Positions 1 to 7,802 of a stretch of 34,661 nucleotides of DNA are shown piece by piece; the first letter of the stretch is position 1, and the number at the start of each line of letters is the position of its first letter. Source of the DNA: a virus (Duplodnaviria; Caudoviricetes); the IMG/VR virus record IMGVR_UViG_3300049472_000056, positions 1 through 34,661 of that record; one strand, given 5' to 3'. The translations under genes were made by a program, and so were the position numbers. The notes beneath the pieces were generated by a model, which had not been told where the DNA came from, searched no databases, and saw nothing but the letters and a program-made list of their open reading frames with translations.

Positions 1-33
1 CCCCAGGGAGTACCTTACTGAGTAAAGACTTAT

Positions 34-83
34 AAAGTTATCCACAATGGATTGCAGACATGCCAGCATATGTGGATAACTTT
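34..83. promoter_or_regulatory. Two perfect DnaA boxes in inverted orientation
   Basis: TTATCCACA at 38-46 and TGTGGATAA at 71-79, within a 13-bp perfect inverted repeat AAAGTTATCCACA/TGTGGATAACTTT. Confidence 0.65.
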
Positions 84-166
84 CATCTAGACTCAAGAAA
101 AATTAGCGGTATCAGTCAGGATGACATCCGCGCTGAGAGCCCGCTGCGGAGTTATTTTTATTTATT

Positions 167-529
167 CTATTTATTTTTAAACACTCGAACGCCAACGCGT
201 GCAAGCTCGCCCTTCATCTTGTCCAACTGCCTAAGCATCTCGAACATCGCCTGCCGTCTACCAGGGCTAGGCTGTCCCTCGGCAAGCTGGTCATACTGGG
301 CCAGCGCCCGCCCATACGCCTGAATAACCGCAATCCGATCAGCCTCGGCCTTGCGTGGATCAGCGATCTGCGGCACCGGAATAGTTGGAAACGTCTTCCG
401 GTAAGCGTTAGCCTCAGCTATTGCCTGTGCCGCCAGCGCTTGATCGCGTGCAGCCCAGGACTCGTATAGCGACATGGCGTCCTGTGCCCAAGCGGCTATT
501 GATAGGACGGATATTAGGATAATTCTCAT
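167..529 (-). CDS. Secreted/periplasmic helical protein with signal peptide
   Basis: N-terminus MRIILISVLSIAAWA-Q is a Sec signal with an AxA cleavage motif; the gene has its own promoter. Confidence 0.75.
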   Translation of the reverse strand: MRIILISVLSIAAWAQDAMSLYESWAARDQALAAQAIAEANAYRKTFPTIPVPQIADPRKAEADRIAVIQAYGRALAQYDQLAEGQPSPGRRQAMFEMLRQLDKMKGELARVGVRVFKNK

Positions 530-541
530 GGTTAGTTTCCG

Positions 542-569
542 ATTATAGCAATAGGTGGTTGGGGCTCAA
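542..569 (-). promoter_or_regulatory. Sigma70-type promoter with extended -10
   Basis: Minus strand reads TTGAGC-16 bp-TATAAT with TGn before the -10; it lies 12 bp upstream of the ATG at 529. Confidence 0.7.
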
Positions 570-592
570 GGGGTCAGTGTGGAGTCATCGCT

Positions 593-1108
593 CTAGTCTT
601 CCTCGTAATCAAGGACGATGTGTAATATCTCAACGCCGCCTATATTGATAGAAGGCTCAATTGTGTATACCCCAGTAGTCTGCCCATCCTTCACCGTAAC
701 CCAAAACTCCACCCGCTTATTTACTGGCTTAATGGTATGTGTGACGCCAGTAACCGGATTGAAATTAAAATCAAGCTCAATTTGCTCTTTAGAAGTTGGG
801 CAAATCCACTTCCCGTCTCTTTTATAAAAATTACCTTCCTTTCTATGGTCACACTTGAAAGGCACCGGCACCGGCTCCCTCCCCGGAACAACCGCGCCAA
901 AGATAAAGCGGGAATGAGGCGGGGTGTCGGGGATTTCTTCGGTGAGGTCTTGGTTGCACGATATAACATCGTAAACGGAGCCTGATTTGGTGTATGTCCT
1001 GCCGTTACATTTAAATGGATATGAATAGCTTTCCCCCACCTCAATTGGCCCGATTATTTCACCGACTCTGTTCTTATACCGCTTCCCGGCCTCGATTTTA
1101 ATGCTCAT
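593..1108 (-). CDS. Hypothetical phage protein
   Basis: 171-aa ORF with ATGA overlap to the upstream gene; N-terminus (KIEAGKRYKNRVG...DLTEE) resembles a common phage hypothetical motif. Confidence 0.75.
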   Translation of the reverse strand: MSIKIEAGKRYKNRVGEIIGPIEVGESYSYPFKCNGRTYTKSGSVYDVISCNQDLTEEIPDTPPHSRFIFGAVVPGREPVPVPFKCDHRKEGNFYKRDGKWICPTSKEQIELDFNFNPVTGVTHTIKPVNKRVEFWVTVKDGQTTGVYTIEPSINIGGVEILHIVLDYEED

Positions 1109-1419
1109 TTGCCAACCTCCTTATCAGTGATTGTGATCTTCGTCTTCAACTTCATAGCAATCTGCCTGTTCTTCATTTCCATAAATTTACTGTAAAGCCT
1201 ATACCTCTCGAAGAACCCCAGGCATTCACCGCTTTTGTAAAATTCAAACGAACTTGCCCCGTTCCCAGTCCATACCTCTATCCCACTTGGTGTATGCTCG
1301 GCTACGCACTCCCTGCATTCCCATTCCTCGGGTCGTTCCAATGCTTCCGATAGCGCCTGTCCTGCAATGCTCACTTGTCTGTCTCCTGGTTGGTGGTTTG
1401 TGTACATCCCGTAATCCAA
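1105..1419 (-). CDS. Hypothetical protein
   Basis: Operonic ORF overlapping both neighbours; exact start uncertain. Confidence 0.6.
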   Translation of the reverse strand: MDYGMYTNHQPGDRQVSIAGQALSEALERPEEWECRECVAEHTPSGIEVWTGNGASSFEFYKSGECLGFFERYRLYSKFMEMKNRQIAMKLKTKITITDKEVGK

Positions 1420-1808
1420 TAAGTCTTCTCAGCGCCATCCCACTTCCGATCCCACCTAATGCGGTCAATGGTCGCGGCGGCGGCAGCAAGCTTGATTGGA
1501 TTTACGCCCATGGCTTTAGCTAGGTCGCGTGACATCGTGCGCCCATGGTTACGTAGATACTCTGCTAAACGGCGCGCAAGTTCAATGCGATCTGCTCTGG
1601 ATTTAGCACGGGTCTCAACATGAAACTTGCTCGGTTTGTTCCGCTTGTGCTTCTCGACAACAACAGCGTAGTAACTCGGCCTATGCTCCCTATGCCAAGC
1701 CGCATCCAGCCTCCGAATCGGCTTAGGCGGCATCGCATCCAGGACCTGTTGGGCGCGGGCTACGTCGGACTTGAGGGGGCCGAATCGTTCATCATCGAGC
1801 ATGGTCAT
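1371..1808 (-). CDS. Putative DNA-binding protein with C-terminal HTH
   Basis: YLRNHGRTMSRDLAKAMGVNPIKL looks like a winged-helix/HTH; basic protein. Confidence 0.6.
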   Translation of the reverse strand: MTMLDDERFGPLKSDVARAQQVLDAMPPKPIRRLDAAWHREHRPSYYAVVVEKHKRNKPSKFHVETRAKSRADRIELARRLAEYLRNHGRTMSRDLAKAMGVNPIKLAAAAATIDRIRWDRKWDGAEKTYWITGCTQTTNQETDK

Positions 1809-1962
1809 CCTCTCTCTTCAATGACTCTTTATATCCGTCTAGGGCTAGCTTTAAACCCTCAGCAACTCCATTGCTCCAGTTCGCGTGTTCTGGACTATTA
1901 CTAGCTGCCTGTCTATTGGCTTCGATGTTTAGCAAAAGAAATTGCATATAGAGATTATCCAT
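1792..1962 (-). CDS. Hypothetical protein (56 aa)
   Basis: ATG at 1962 overlaps the upstream stop region; fits operon packing. Confidence 0.55.
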   Translation of the reverse strand: MDNLYMQFLLLNIEANRQAASNSPEHANWSNGVAEGLKLALDGYKESLKREDDHAR

Positions 1963-2242
1963 GTGCCACACCCGCCTTCCGCACGTCTTCAAGGACTATA
2001 CTCATGCGCTTCATCCTAGCGGAATTACCCAACTCAAGATATGCCTCCATCGCCCGTTGCAGCCTGACATAAGCATCAGACAACTCCGCGGAAATGGTCA
2101 CGGTTTTATCCTGTTGACCAAACTGCTTATGAGCTGCTACAATCATAACCGCAAGGGATTCCATAGTCTCTGGCGACATATCTTTCCCGCTCACATGTAC
2201 GTTGATGGATTTATCATCCGGCTGCGTGGTGGGGTTAGTCAT
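1955..2242 (-). CDS. Hypothetical protein
   Basis: ATG at 2242 with GGAGG RBS and ATGA overlap. Confidence 0.7.
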   Translation of the reverse strand: MTNPTTQPDDKSINVHVSGKDMSPETMESLAVMIVAAHKQFGQQDKTVTISAELSDAYVRLQRAMEAYLELGNSARMKRMSIVLEDVRKAGVAHG

Positions 2243-2469
2243 GTGAATGCCCTCCATCCATCTTGAGGTTCGTAACGCTTTTCATCACCGTCACCGCATC
2301 CTTCCTGAAACCATCCAAGGTCGTGCATCTTCTTCACATCCTCATCGGTAAGTGGCCGATACGTTGCGTAAGCGTAAAAGATATCGTGCCCAGCCCCGAT
2401 GTGGTAGCCGTCTTTGTTGTAATAGGGCTGAAGGATCTTTAGCCCTTCGATGAAGTTACTTAGGATCAT
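2239..2469 (-). CDS. Hypothetical phage protein
   Basis: MILSNFIEGLKILQPYY...GAGHDIFYA...LGWF; overlaps neighbours. Confidence 0.7.
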   Translation of the reverse strand: MILSNFIEGLKILQPYYNKDGYHIGAGHDIFYAYATYRPLTDEDVKKMHDLGWFQEGCGDGDEKRYEPQDGWRAFT

Positions 2470-2761
2470 TTTTGTGGTCCAGTGCGGCTTGTAGGGCCGC
2501 GCACATACGTTCACGAGGTTGATGTTTTTCATCTTCATCCCAGGTTACATAGGATGGCCCGGCAAATACACGACAGGCGCGCTCCACCATTAGATCTGTC
2601 ACCTCCCGCCGCTTCTCCAGCTCGTCGCGTCGATTCCATGCGGTAATAAGATTTGTAAGTCCAATTTCATTCGCCACGTAAGTTAAATCAAGATCGTTCA
2701 AGGCGCACTCATCGTCCCATAGCTCGGGGTCTGTTTCTACATACCAGTGGGTGGAGTTCAT
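2456..2761 (-). CDS. Hypothetical protein
   Basis: ATG at 2761 after AAGGA, with ATGA overlap; this is the 3' part of the track ORF 2456..3106. Confidence 0.65.
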   Translation of the reverse strand: MNSTHWYVETDPELWDDECALNDLDLTYVANEIGLTNLITAWNRRDELEKRREVTDLMVERACRVFAGPSYVTWDEDEKHQPRERMCAALQAALDHKNDPK

Positions 2762-2964
2762 TTTCTTTCCTTGGTCTGGGGTTGGGGTTGGCACGTCGTC
2801 TTCCATCTGGTGTTGATCCGGTGCCGCACGGTGAACCGGTCCATACGACAGGCTCTGGCTAGGTCGGCTATCGTGCAGCCGGTCAGGAAGCGGGCGGCAT
2901 GGAGGGTATGACCGTCTGATGATGGCTTGAGGGCGTAGAGGGATCGGAGGGTAGAGGGGGTCAT
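2758..2964 (-). CDS. Small HTH-like protein
   Basis: GCTIADLARACRMDRFTVRHRI is HTH-like; AAGGAG RBS and ATGA overlap with the initiator gene. Confidence 0.6.
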   Translation of the reverse strand: MTPSTLRSLYALKPSSDGHTLHAARFLTGCTIADLARACRMDRFTVRHRINTRWKTTCQPQPQTKERK

Positions 2965-3713
2965 GCGCTCTCCTTGAGCCTCTTGGATAGCCAGAGACGT
3001 AGCCCATCAGCCGCTTCCCGTGCGTAGCGGATGCCCTTCCCGGCACTTTTCGCCTGCACGAGGACATCAGCGACGGCCCAGAGCTTTTCCTGGGCTGAAA
3101 AGCCATTCCCGTTCAGGATCTCTTCAATCACTAGTAGCCACTCCTCGGTTTCTTTGTCACCCGCAGGGCAGCCCGAGGAGAGAAGAACCTTCCGTAGCTC
3201 GCGTCGATTATGAGCTTTGGAATCCTGGGCGGTGGGGGTTGCCCCGTGGTCACCCACGTCCCCCGCCACCGATGGAGTAGGAGAAGGAGATAGAGATAGA
3301 GAGGCTGCATGGGCACTACCTGGGGACGACCCGGGGACGACCTGGGCACTACCTGGGTACTCCGGCCTCCTCTGTTCTGGCCTTAGTTTGTTGTCTATCT
3401 CTACTTCCCTCCCACTTATCGTCTGATGTGCCTTCCAGTTACGTACAAATCCCCAGGACTTACCGCGAGCCTCGAAGCGCGCGATCATTCCCTTGGACTC
3501 AAGCGCATCCAGCCACTCCTGCACCGTGGCGCTGGTCAATCCCTCGTCGAAAGGGAAGGTAGCGACCCGGAGCGCCTTGGCTGAGTACTCGAATACCCCG
3601 CGAAGGTCGGCTTGGCACCAGATGCTCTGAAATAACAAACGTGCCCCATAAGGTATTTCACCAACCTTTTCGTCAGTGAAGAACTCCGGGCGGACGAAGC
3701 GAGCACGAGCCAT
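2961..3713 (-). CDS. Phage replication initiation protein (replisome-organiser/O-like)
   Basis: MARARFVRPEFFTDEKV...ARLLFQSIWCQAD..G N-terminus is typical of phage initiators; a low-complexity central linker contains iterons. Confidence 0.8.
   Translation of the reverse strand: MARARFVRPEFFTDEKVGEIPYGARLLFQSIWCQADLRGVFEYSAKALRVATFPFDEGLTSATVQEWLDALESKGMIARFEARGKSWGFVRNWKAHQTISGREVEIDNKLRPEQRRPEYPGSAQVVPGSSPGSAHAASLSLSPSPTPSVAGDVGDHGATPTAQDSKAHNRRELRKVLLSSGCPAGDKETEEWLLVIEEILNGNGFSAQEKLWAVADVLVQAKSAGKGIRYAREAADGLRLWLSKRLKESA
3310..3363. repeat. Five tandem ~11-bp iterons; probable phage replication origin
   Basis: TGGGCACTACC TGGGGACGACC CGGGGACGACC TGGGCACTACC TGGGTACTCC inside the initiator gene, next to a purine-rich tract (about 3272-3303). 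Confidence 0.7.
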
Positions 3714-4444
3714 TAGGCACTCACCGCTTCAATGTATTCATCCCAGCTCTGGGCAACAGATTCAGCTTCACGACTACGGGAAAGCCATGCAGGGTCGCGT
3801 TCGCGCAATGACAACAGTGCCCGTACAGCATCGTGCCGCTTCCAGGATGGGCCACGGAGCCGATAGCCGAGCTTTGAAACGATTTTCTTCATCAACGCAT
3901 GCTCGGGGTCTTCGCGTTGAATCTTGAGATTCTGTGCGATCCCGCCCACCTTAGAGAGCGCTACGTCTGGAGTGTATTGATCCCATGCGATAGCGAGCGC
4001 TTCAATGATTTCTTGAACTGAAAACTCGCGCAGGAGCTTCCGCATGTTCTTCTTGCCGATTTCGGTAAGCGTGTGCCCCTTAGAGATAACTTGGAGCGCC
4101 TGGTTTACGGCGTCCAGTTCCGGGTTCATCTGGGCAAGTTCAATCTGCCACTCAGCCATCAGCTTGATCTGTTGGCGCCGCTCTTCTGTTAACTCGGCTT
4201 GAGCGCGAGAACGCTCAACAGCAGAGCTATCAGACAGCAACTTGTCCGACTTGCCTCCATTGCATGCCTGGCAGCTGGTGGTTAAGTTTAATAAATGGTT
4301 GGTGCCGCCATCAGAAACCGGCTTAATATGATCGACGTTCAGGATGACATCGGGGGCCTTCTTTCCGCAGTATTGGCAGGTGAACTGGTCACGCTTGAAT
4401 ATCTCGAAGCGTGTCCTGGTTGATATTTCTTTTCTCTTAGCCAT
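3713..4444 (-). CDS. HNH endonuclease-domain protein with helical C-terminal extension
   Basis: RFEIFKRDQFTCQYCG...VDHIKPVSDGG...NLTTSCQACNGGK. Confidence 0.88.
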   Translation of the reverse strand: MAKRKEISTRTRFEIFKRDQFTCQYCGKKAPDVILNVDHIKPVSDGGTNHLLNLTTSCQACNGGKSDKLLSDSSAVERSRAQAELTEERRQQIKLMAEWQIELAQMNPELDAVNQALQVISKGHTLTEIGKKNMRKLLREFSVQEIIEALAIAWDQYTPDVALSKVGGIAQNLKIQREDPEHALMKKIVSKLGYRLRGPSWKRHDAVRALLSLRERDPAWLSRSREAESVAQSWDEYIEAVSA

Positions 4445-4447
4445 ATC

Positions 4448-5218
4448 TCAGCCGTCTTCCCTAAGTTGGTAATCGTGAGTCATAACTGGACCGCCAAGGA
4501 TTCGCCAAGCTGCGGCGGCACAGAGGGGGACTTGGCCGTTTCCAATTGCCTTACACTGGTCCATTTGATTGGCCAAAGCATCAATTCCTCGCTCACTGTC
4601 GGGTTCAGAAGTCTGCCGAATCGCCTCGCTAGAAACTCTGATAAGTTCCCGTCTCCATGATTCCTCCGAATCAACGATTTGAGTTTGAACCTTAATCTTT
4701 TCCCGTCCGACGCTGTTGGTGTCATAAGCAAGTAACCACCATCTTGCGCGGCGATGCGCCCCCCCCCACACGTCGGAAGCGCCCAGCTCTGTCCATTCCG
4801 CATCGTACCCGCGCAAGGCCAAGTCTGCGAGAACGTATCCAAGCCCCCGTCCAACAATCTCTGGGCTGTTTTCCAAGAAGAGGTATTTAGGTCTAACCTC
4901 GTCAATGGCTCTAATTGCTTCACTGTACAATCCAGAACGTTCTCCTTTGATGCCAGTTGATGGGCCGCAAACTGCAATGTCCGTGCAAGGGAACCCCGCA
5001 TGGATGCAATCCACGCGTCCTTTGTATGGACGGAAATCGACTGATCTGATATCACCCTCAATGACTTCAAGGCCAGGGAGCCATCCATCTGCTGCCCGCT
5101 CCCGCAAGACTCGGCAAGCGTAGTTATCCCATTCGACGGCGACGATTGGGGTATGTCCAAGAATGAGGTCTGCAAGTAATCCACCGCCTGCTCCTGCAAA
5201 TAAATGCATGGTTCGCAT
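4448..5218 (-). CDS. DNA cytosine-5 methyltransferase, alpha-like polypeptide
   Basis: Motifs I (HLFAGAGG), IV (GFPC), VI (ENS), VIII (HRRARW) and X (AIGNGQ) are present; motif IX is not evident in this frame. Confidence 0.9.
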   Translation of the reverse strand: MRTMHLFAGAGGGLLADLILGHTPIVAVEWDNYACRVLRERAADGWLPGLEVIEGDIRSVDFRPYKGRVDCIHAGFPCTDIAVCGPSTGIKGERSGLYSEAIRAIDEVRPKYLFLENSPEIVGRGLGYVLADLALRGYDAEWTELGASDVWGGAHRRARWWLLAYDTNSVGREKIKVQTQIVDSEESWRRELIRVSSEAIRQTSEPDSERGIDALANQMDQCKAIGNGQVPLCAAAAWRILGGPVMTHDYQLREDG

Positions 5219-5223
5219 GTCAC
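4480..5223 (-). CDS. Out-of-frame overlapping ORF, putative methyltransferase beta polypeptide (TRD/motif IX)
   Basis: 247-aa ORF overlapping almost the whole MTase gene; carries TPTASDG and RLLNPTVSEELMLWP..WT; its GTG overlaps the upstream TGA. Confidence 0.7.
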   Translation of the reverse strand: MTCEPCIYLQEQAVDYLQTSFLDIPQSSPSNGITTLAESCGSGQQMDGSLALKSLRVISDQSISVHTKDAWIASMRGSLARTLQFAAHQLASKENVLDCTVKQLEPLTRLDLNTSSWKTAQRLLDGGLDTFSQTWPCAGTMRNGQSWALPTCGGGRIAAQDGGYLLMTPTASDGKRLRFKLKSLIRRNHGDGNLSEFLARRFGRLLNPTVSEELMLWPIKWTSVRQLETAKSPSVPPQLGESLAVQL

Positions 5224-5369
5224 TTCCCACCCCTCAAAATATCCCGTGCAACCTCAACGGCAACCGCAACAGCAGTGACAACCAACCCAATCAGCAGCAC
5301 CCAAGCCCAGAAGCCGGATTGGCCCTGATGCGCGACAGTGGCGGTGGTGGAGGCGAGGAGGTGGGTCAT
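5220..5369 (-). CDS. Small single-pass membrane protein
   Basis: FWAWVLLIGLVVTAVAVAV hydrophobic helix; stop coupled to the next gene. Confidence 0.55.
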   Translation of the reverse strand: MTHLLASTTATVAHQGQSGFWAWVLLIGLVVTAVAVAVEVARDILRGGK

Positions 5370-5386
5370 AAATTTACTTAAAAGGG

Positions 5387-5605
5387 TTAAACTTTTACCG
5401 CACTGGTGAGCATCCAAACACCCGCTTGATCCTGCCGAATCAGTCCAGCCGCACGAAGCTGATGGATTTCCTGCCAGACGATACCCCATACGGCTTGCTC
5501 TTTGCCGGGTTGGACATCGGTCATGGAACATACGGCGTGATGGAGTCCGGCTGGATGTTGCGGGCCGTATTGGAGTCTAGCCAGGATGGCGGCTGATGGG
5601 GTCAC
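5387..5605 (-). CDS. Small winged-helix-like protein
   Basis: AILARLQYGPQH...IHQLRAAGLI pattern; GTGA overlap. Confidence 0.55.
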   Translation of the reverse strand: MTPSAAILARLQYGPQHPAGLHHAVCSMTDVQPGKEQAVWGIVWQEIHQLRAAGLIRQDQAGVWMLTSAVKV

Positions 5606-5955
5606 AATTCTATCACTTTGCCGTTACGTACTTCGCGGAAGGTGTACAAATCGCCATATAGCGATAGGAATAGCTTCAGCTTTATTTCGTAAACCGGTGT
5701 TCGCATGCCCTTCACGTCCTCAATGATCCACTTGCACTTCTCTTTATATTGAAAGTCCGCCACGTAATGAATGGCGCGGATACCCTTGCCGTGGTAGCGG
5801 AACTTCTCTAGTAGAACGAACTTTGGTTGCAGCGTTAACTCGCTGATCTTACCGGCCTTCTCTGAGAGAATCAGGGCCATATACCGCTGTGACTCAGCCT
5901 TACTGTCGAACTTCACACTACCAATGGTGGTTGGCTTGGCATTATACTTATGCAT
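5602..5955 (-). CDS. DUF1064-family PD-(D/E)XK nuclease (putative Holliday junction resolvase)
   Basis: KYNAK...FDSKAE...LQPKF...YVADFQY...IEDVKG.RT.VY.IK.KL. Confidence 0.88.
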   Translation of the reverse strand: MHKYNAKPTTIGSVKFDSKAESQRYMALILSEKAGKISELTLQPKFVLLEKFRYHGKGIRAIHYVADFQYKEKCKWIIEDVKGMRTPVYEIKLKLFLSLYGDLYTFREVRNGKVIEL

Positions 5956-5992
5956 TACAGCCGCCCCAATTCCAGCAACTTCCGCTCAACTC

Positions 5993-6024
5993 TGTGCATC
6001 TCCTCATCAGGGGGGAGATGCACA
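5993..6024. other. 11-bp perfect stem-loop in the leader of the leftward operon
   Basis: TGTGCATCTCC-10 nt-GGAGATGCACA. Confidence 0.55.
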
Positions 6025-6079
6025 CATAGGTGGGGACGGTGTTGTGCATAGAGCGTTTCCCAAGTGGTGCGATAGGCGG

Positions 6080-6107
6080 ACAGTAGTCAAGTGCATGCAG
6101 GTGTCAA
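6080..6107 (-). promoter_or_regulatory. Leftward early promoter
   Basis: Minus strand TTGACA-16 bp-TACTGT. Confidence 0.65.
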
Positions 6108-6114
6108 GTGCCTA

Positions 6115-6142
6115 TTGTCAACTGACCAATCGGCGCTAGGCT
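6115..6142 (+). promoter_or_regulatory. Rightward early promoter (leaderless transcript)
   Basis: TTGTCA-16 bp-TAGGCT, with 6 nt to the ATG at 6149. Confidence 0.6.
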
Positions 6143-6148
6143 ATTGCC

Positions 6149-6316
6149 ATGAATATCAAAAAATCTTTCACTGATTCTGGCCTCTCACTAGCACGGCTAG
6201 CACGTCTATCTGGCCTGTCTAAGTCTACCGTTCAGCGGTGTATTCGCCACAACCGACTGCCGCAAAATGCTGAAAGCCGCTGTCTTTTCCGTGAAGCACT
6301 GGGGGTCAAGGGGTAG
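6149..6316 (+). CDS. Cro/XRE-like HTH regulator (55 aa, below ORF-track cutoff)
   Basis: Manual translation MNIKKSFTDSGLSLARLARLSGLSKSTVQRCIRHNRLPQNAESRCLFREALGVKG shows a classic XRE HTH. Confidence 0.8.
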   Translation: MNIKKSFTDSGLSLARLARLSGLSKSTVQRCIRHNRLPQNAESRCLFREALGVKG

Positions 6317-6386
6317 GGCTGGAGATTGTTGTTGACTATGGTCAGATGACGCTATTGTCTGCCCATCCCCCACCCAAGGCCCGCAA

Positions 6387-6818
6387 ATGACCACCTCCAT
6401 CGACCAACGCACCGAAGCCCTCAACGCCGCCACCGTCCTCTTCACCGAGGACCACAGCCTGGTCGAAGCGCTCAAGGCGTTGCAGTCCGGCAAGTGGACG
6501 TTCATCCCCGACAAGGCCTACGGCTCGCTTGCCCCGGCGCTCGACACCACGGAGCACCTTGCCGACCTGGCAGACGAGGCGTGGAACGTAACGGAGCTGT
6601 GCAACGCCGCCGGACTGACCGCACTGGCCGGTCTGGCAAAGCGTCTGGATCAGTCGATCCGCAAGGTGCTGGTCGATCCCCGGACCGTGCGCGATTCGCT
6701 GGCTGGCTTCTCGATGCTGACCACCGACGCACGCATCACGCTGGACGCTGAGGAGGACAACCAGGAGCTTCTTCAGGCGCTGGTCGATCAGGCGATGCCG
6801 GTTGGAGCGGTGGCATGA
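6387..6818 (+). CDS. Hypothetical protein
   Basis: 143-aa ORF with strong GC3 bias and ATGA overlap with the next gene. Confidence 0.8.
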   Translation: MTTSIDQRTEALNAATVLFTEDHSLVEALKALQSGKWTFIPDKAYGSLAPALDTTEHLADLADEAWNVTELCNAAGLTALAGLAKRLDQSIRKVLVDPRTVRDSLAGFSMLTTDARITLDAEEDNQELLQALVDQAMPVGAVA

Positions 6819-7102
6819 GCCGGCACACACTAGGCCCGTGGAGCATAGCCGGATTCGTGGATGGAAACATCCGCATAGCAGACAGCCGTGACGTTGGCAT
6901 CGCATATGTGCGCGGCGAATACGCGATCCCAGGCATGAGCGCGGCCAATTGCCGCCTCATCGCATCGGCCCCTGAGCTTCTGGAGGCGCTGAAGGAATTA
7001 ATGAGATGGGTTCCAAGTGAAACTTTTTGGCACACCAAAGCGCCGTTAGAGGCAATTAAACGAGCCCGCACCGCCATCACCAAAGCCGAAAGCGCATCAT
7101 GA
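6815..7102 (+). CDS. Conserved phage hypothetical protein
   Basis: HTxGPW...ANxRLIAxAPELLEAL motif is widespread in phage early regions. Confidence 0.85.
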   Translation: MSRHTLGPWSIAGFVDGNIRIADSRDVGIAYVRGEYAIPGMSAANCRLIASAPELLEALKELMRWVPSETFWHTKAPLEAIKRARTAITKAESAS

Positions 7103-7413
7103 GCGACCAAACAACCCCCAAAGCAAAATCAGTTCGCGTCTTAGTAGACGCTAAGATCGTGGCCGACTTAAACACTTGGCGAACCAGCCGATCATCCATG
7201 GAAGACTTTGCAAAGCAGATAGAGGAAGATGCTCGCGAGTTCGTACAGCACTGCCGGGACCATCGCTCCATCGATCATATCGGGCTTGAGGTCGAGCGAA
7301 TCTATGAAACTCAATGCTCCTCCTGCCGCCGTGAATTGGAGACGGTCCAGGATCCGGAACTAAACGAAGGCCGAAAGTCGTGCGCCTACTGCGGCGCGGA
7401 GATGGAATCATGA
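7099..7413 (+). CDS. Hypothetical protein with C-terminal Zn ribbon
   Basis: CSSC...CAYCG; ATGA overlaps. Confidence 0.75.
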   Translation: MSDQTTPKAKSVRVLVDAKIVADLNTWRTSRSSMEDFAKQIEEDAREFVQHCRDHRSIDHIGLEVERIYETQCSSCRRELETVQDPELNEGRKSCAYCGAEMES

Positions 7414-7772
7414 ACATCGACTACTCCGACGAGAGCACCCAGATCATGGCCATAGAAGACGACCACGACCACCTCCGCGACAACTGCGAACGCGTCGCAA
7501 TCGAGCGTGAGGCAAAGCACGACTACGATCCAACGCCGATCCTCACTATGAACGCCACGCCAACCCTGAACTGGGATCTGATCCTCGACTGGTGCCTACT
7601 GCTTATCGTCAGCGGTTCGTTCGTCCTGACCATGATGCTGTGCGGTATCTGTATCCAGGCGTGGCTTGAACTGGAAGGTTCCGGCCTGATCGCATGTGGC
7701 GTCTGTGCGGTCCTAAGTGCTGCGGTCTGTGGTGTTGCTGGGTCGGTTACGGTTAAGCGCGAACTTAAATAA
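7410..7772 (+). CDS. Membrane protein (2 TM)
   Basis: Acidic N-terminus then two hydrophobic helices; ATGA overlap. Confidence 0.7.
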   Translation: MNIDYSDESTQIMAIEDDHDHLRDNCERVAIEREAKHDYDPTPILTMNATPTLNWDLILDWCLLLIVSGSFVLTMMLCGICIQAWLELEGSGLIACGVCAVLSAAVCGVAGSVTVKRELK

Positions 7773-7802
7773 ACAATGCCCGAATGGGCGGAAGGAAGCA
7801 CA

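Noticed and set aside
2762-3106. 5' extension of ORF 2456..3106
   Set aside because: Overlaps two better-supported genes; the real start is likely 2761.
6342-6905. Minus-strand 187-aa ORF as a CI repressor
   Set aside because: No HTH or S24 motif; antisense to a well-formed plus-strand gene.
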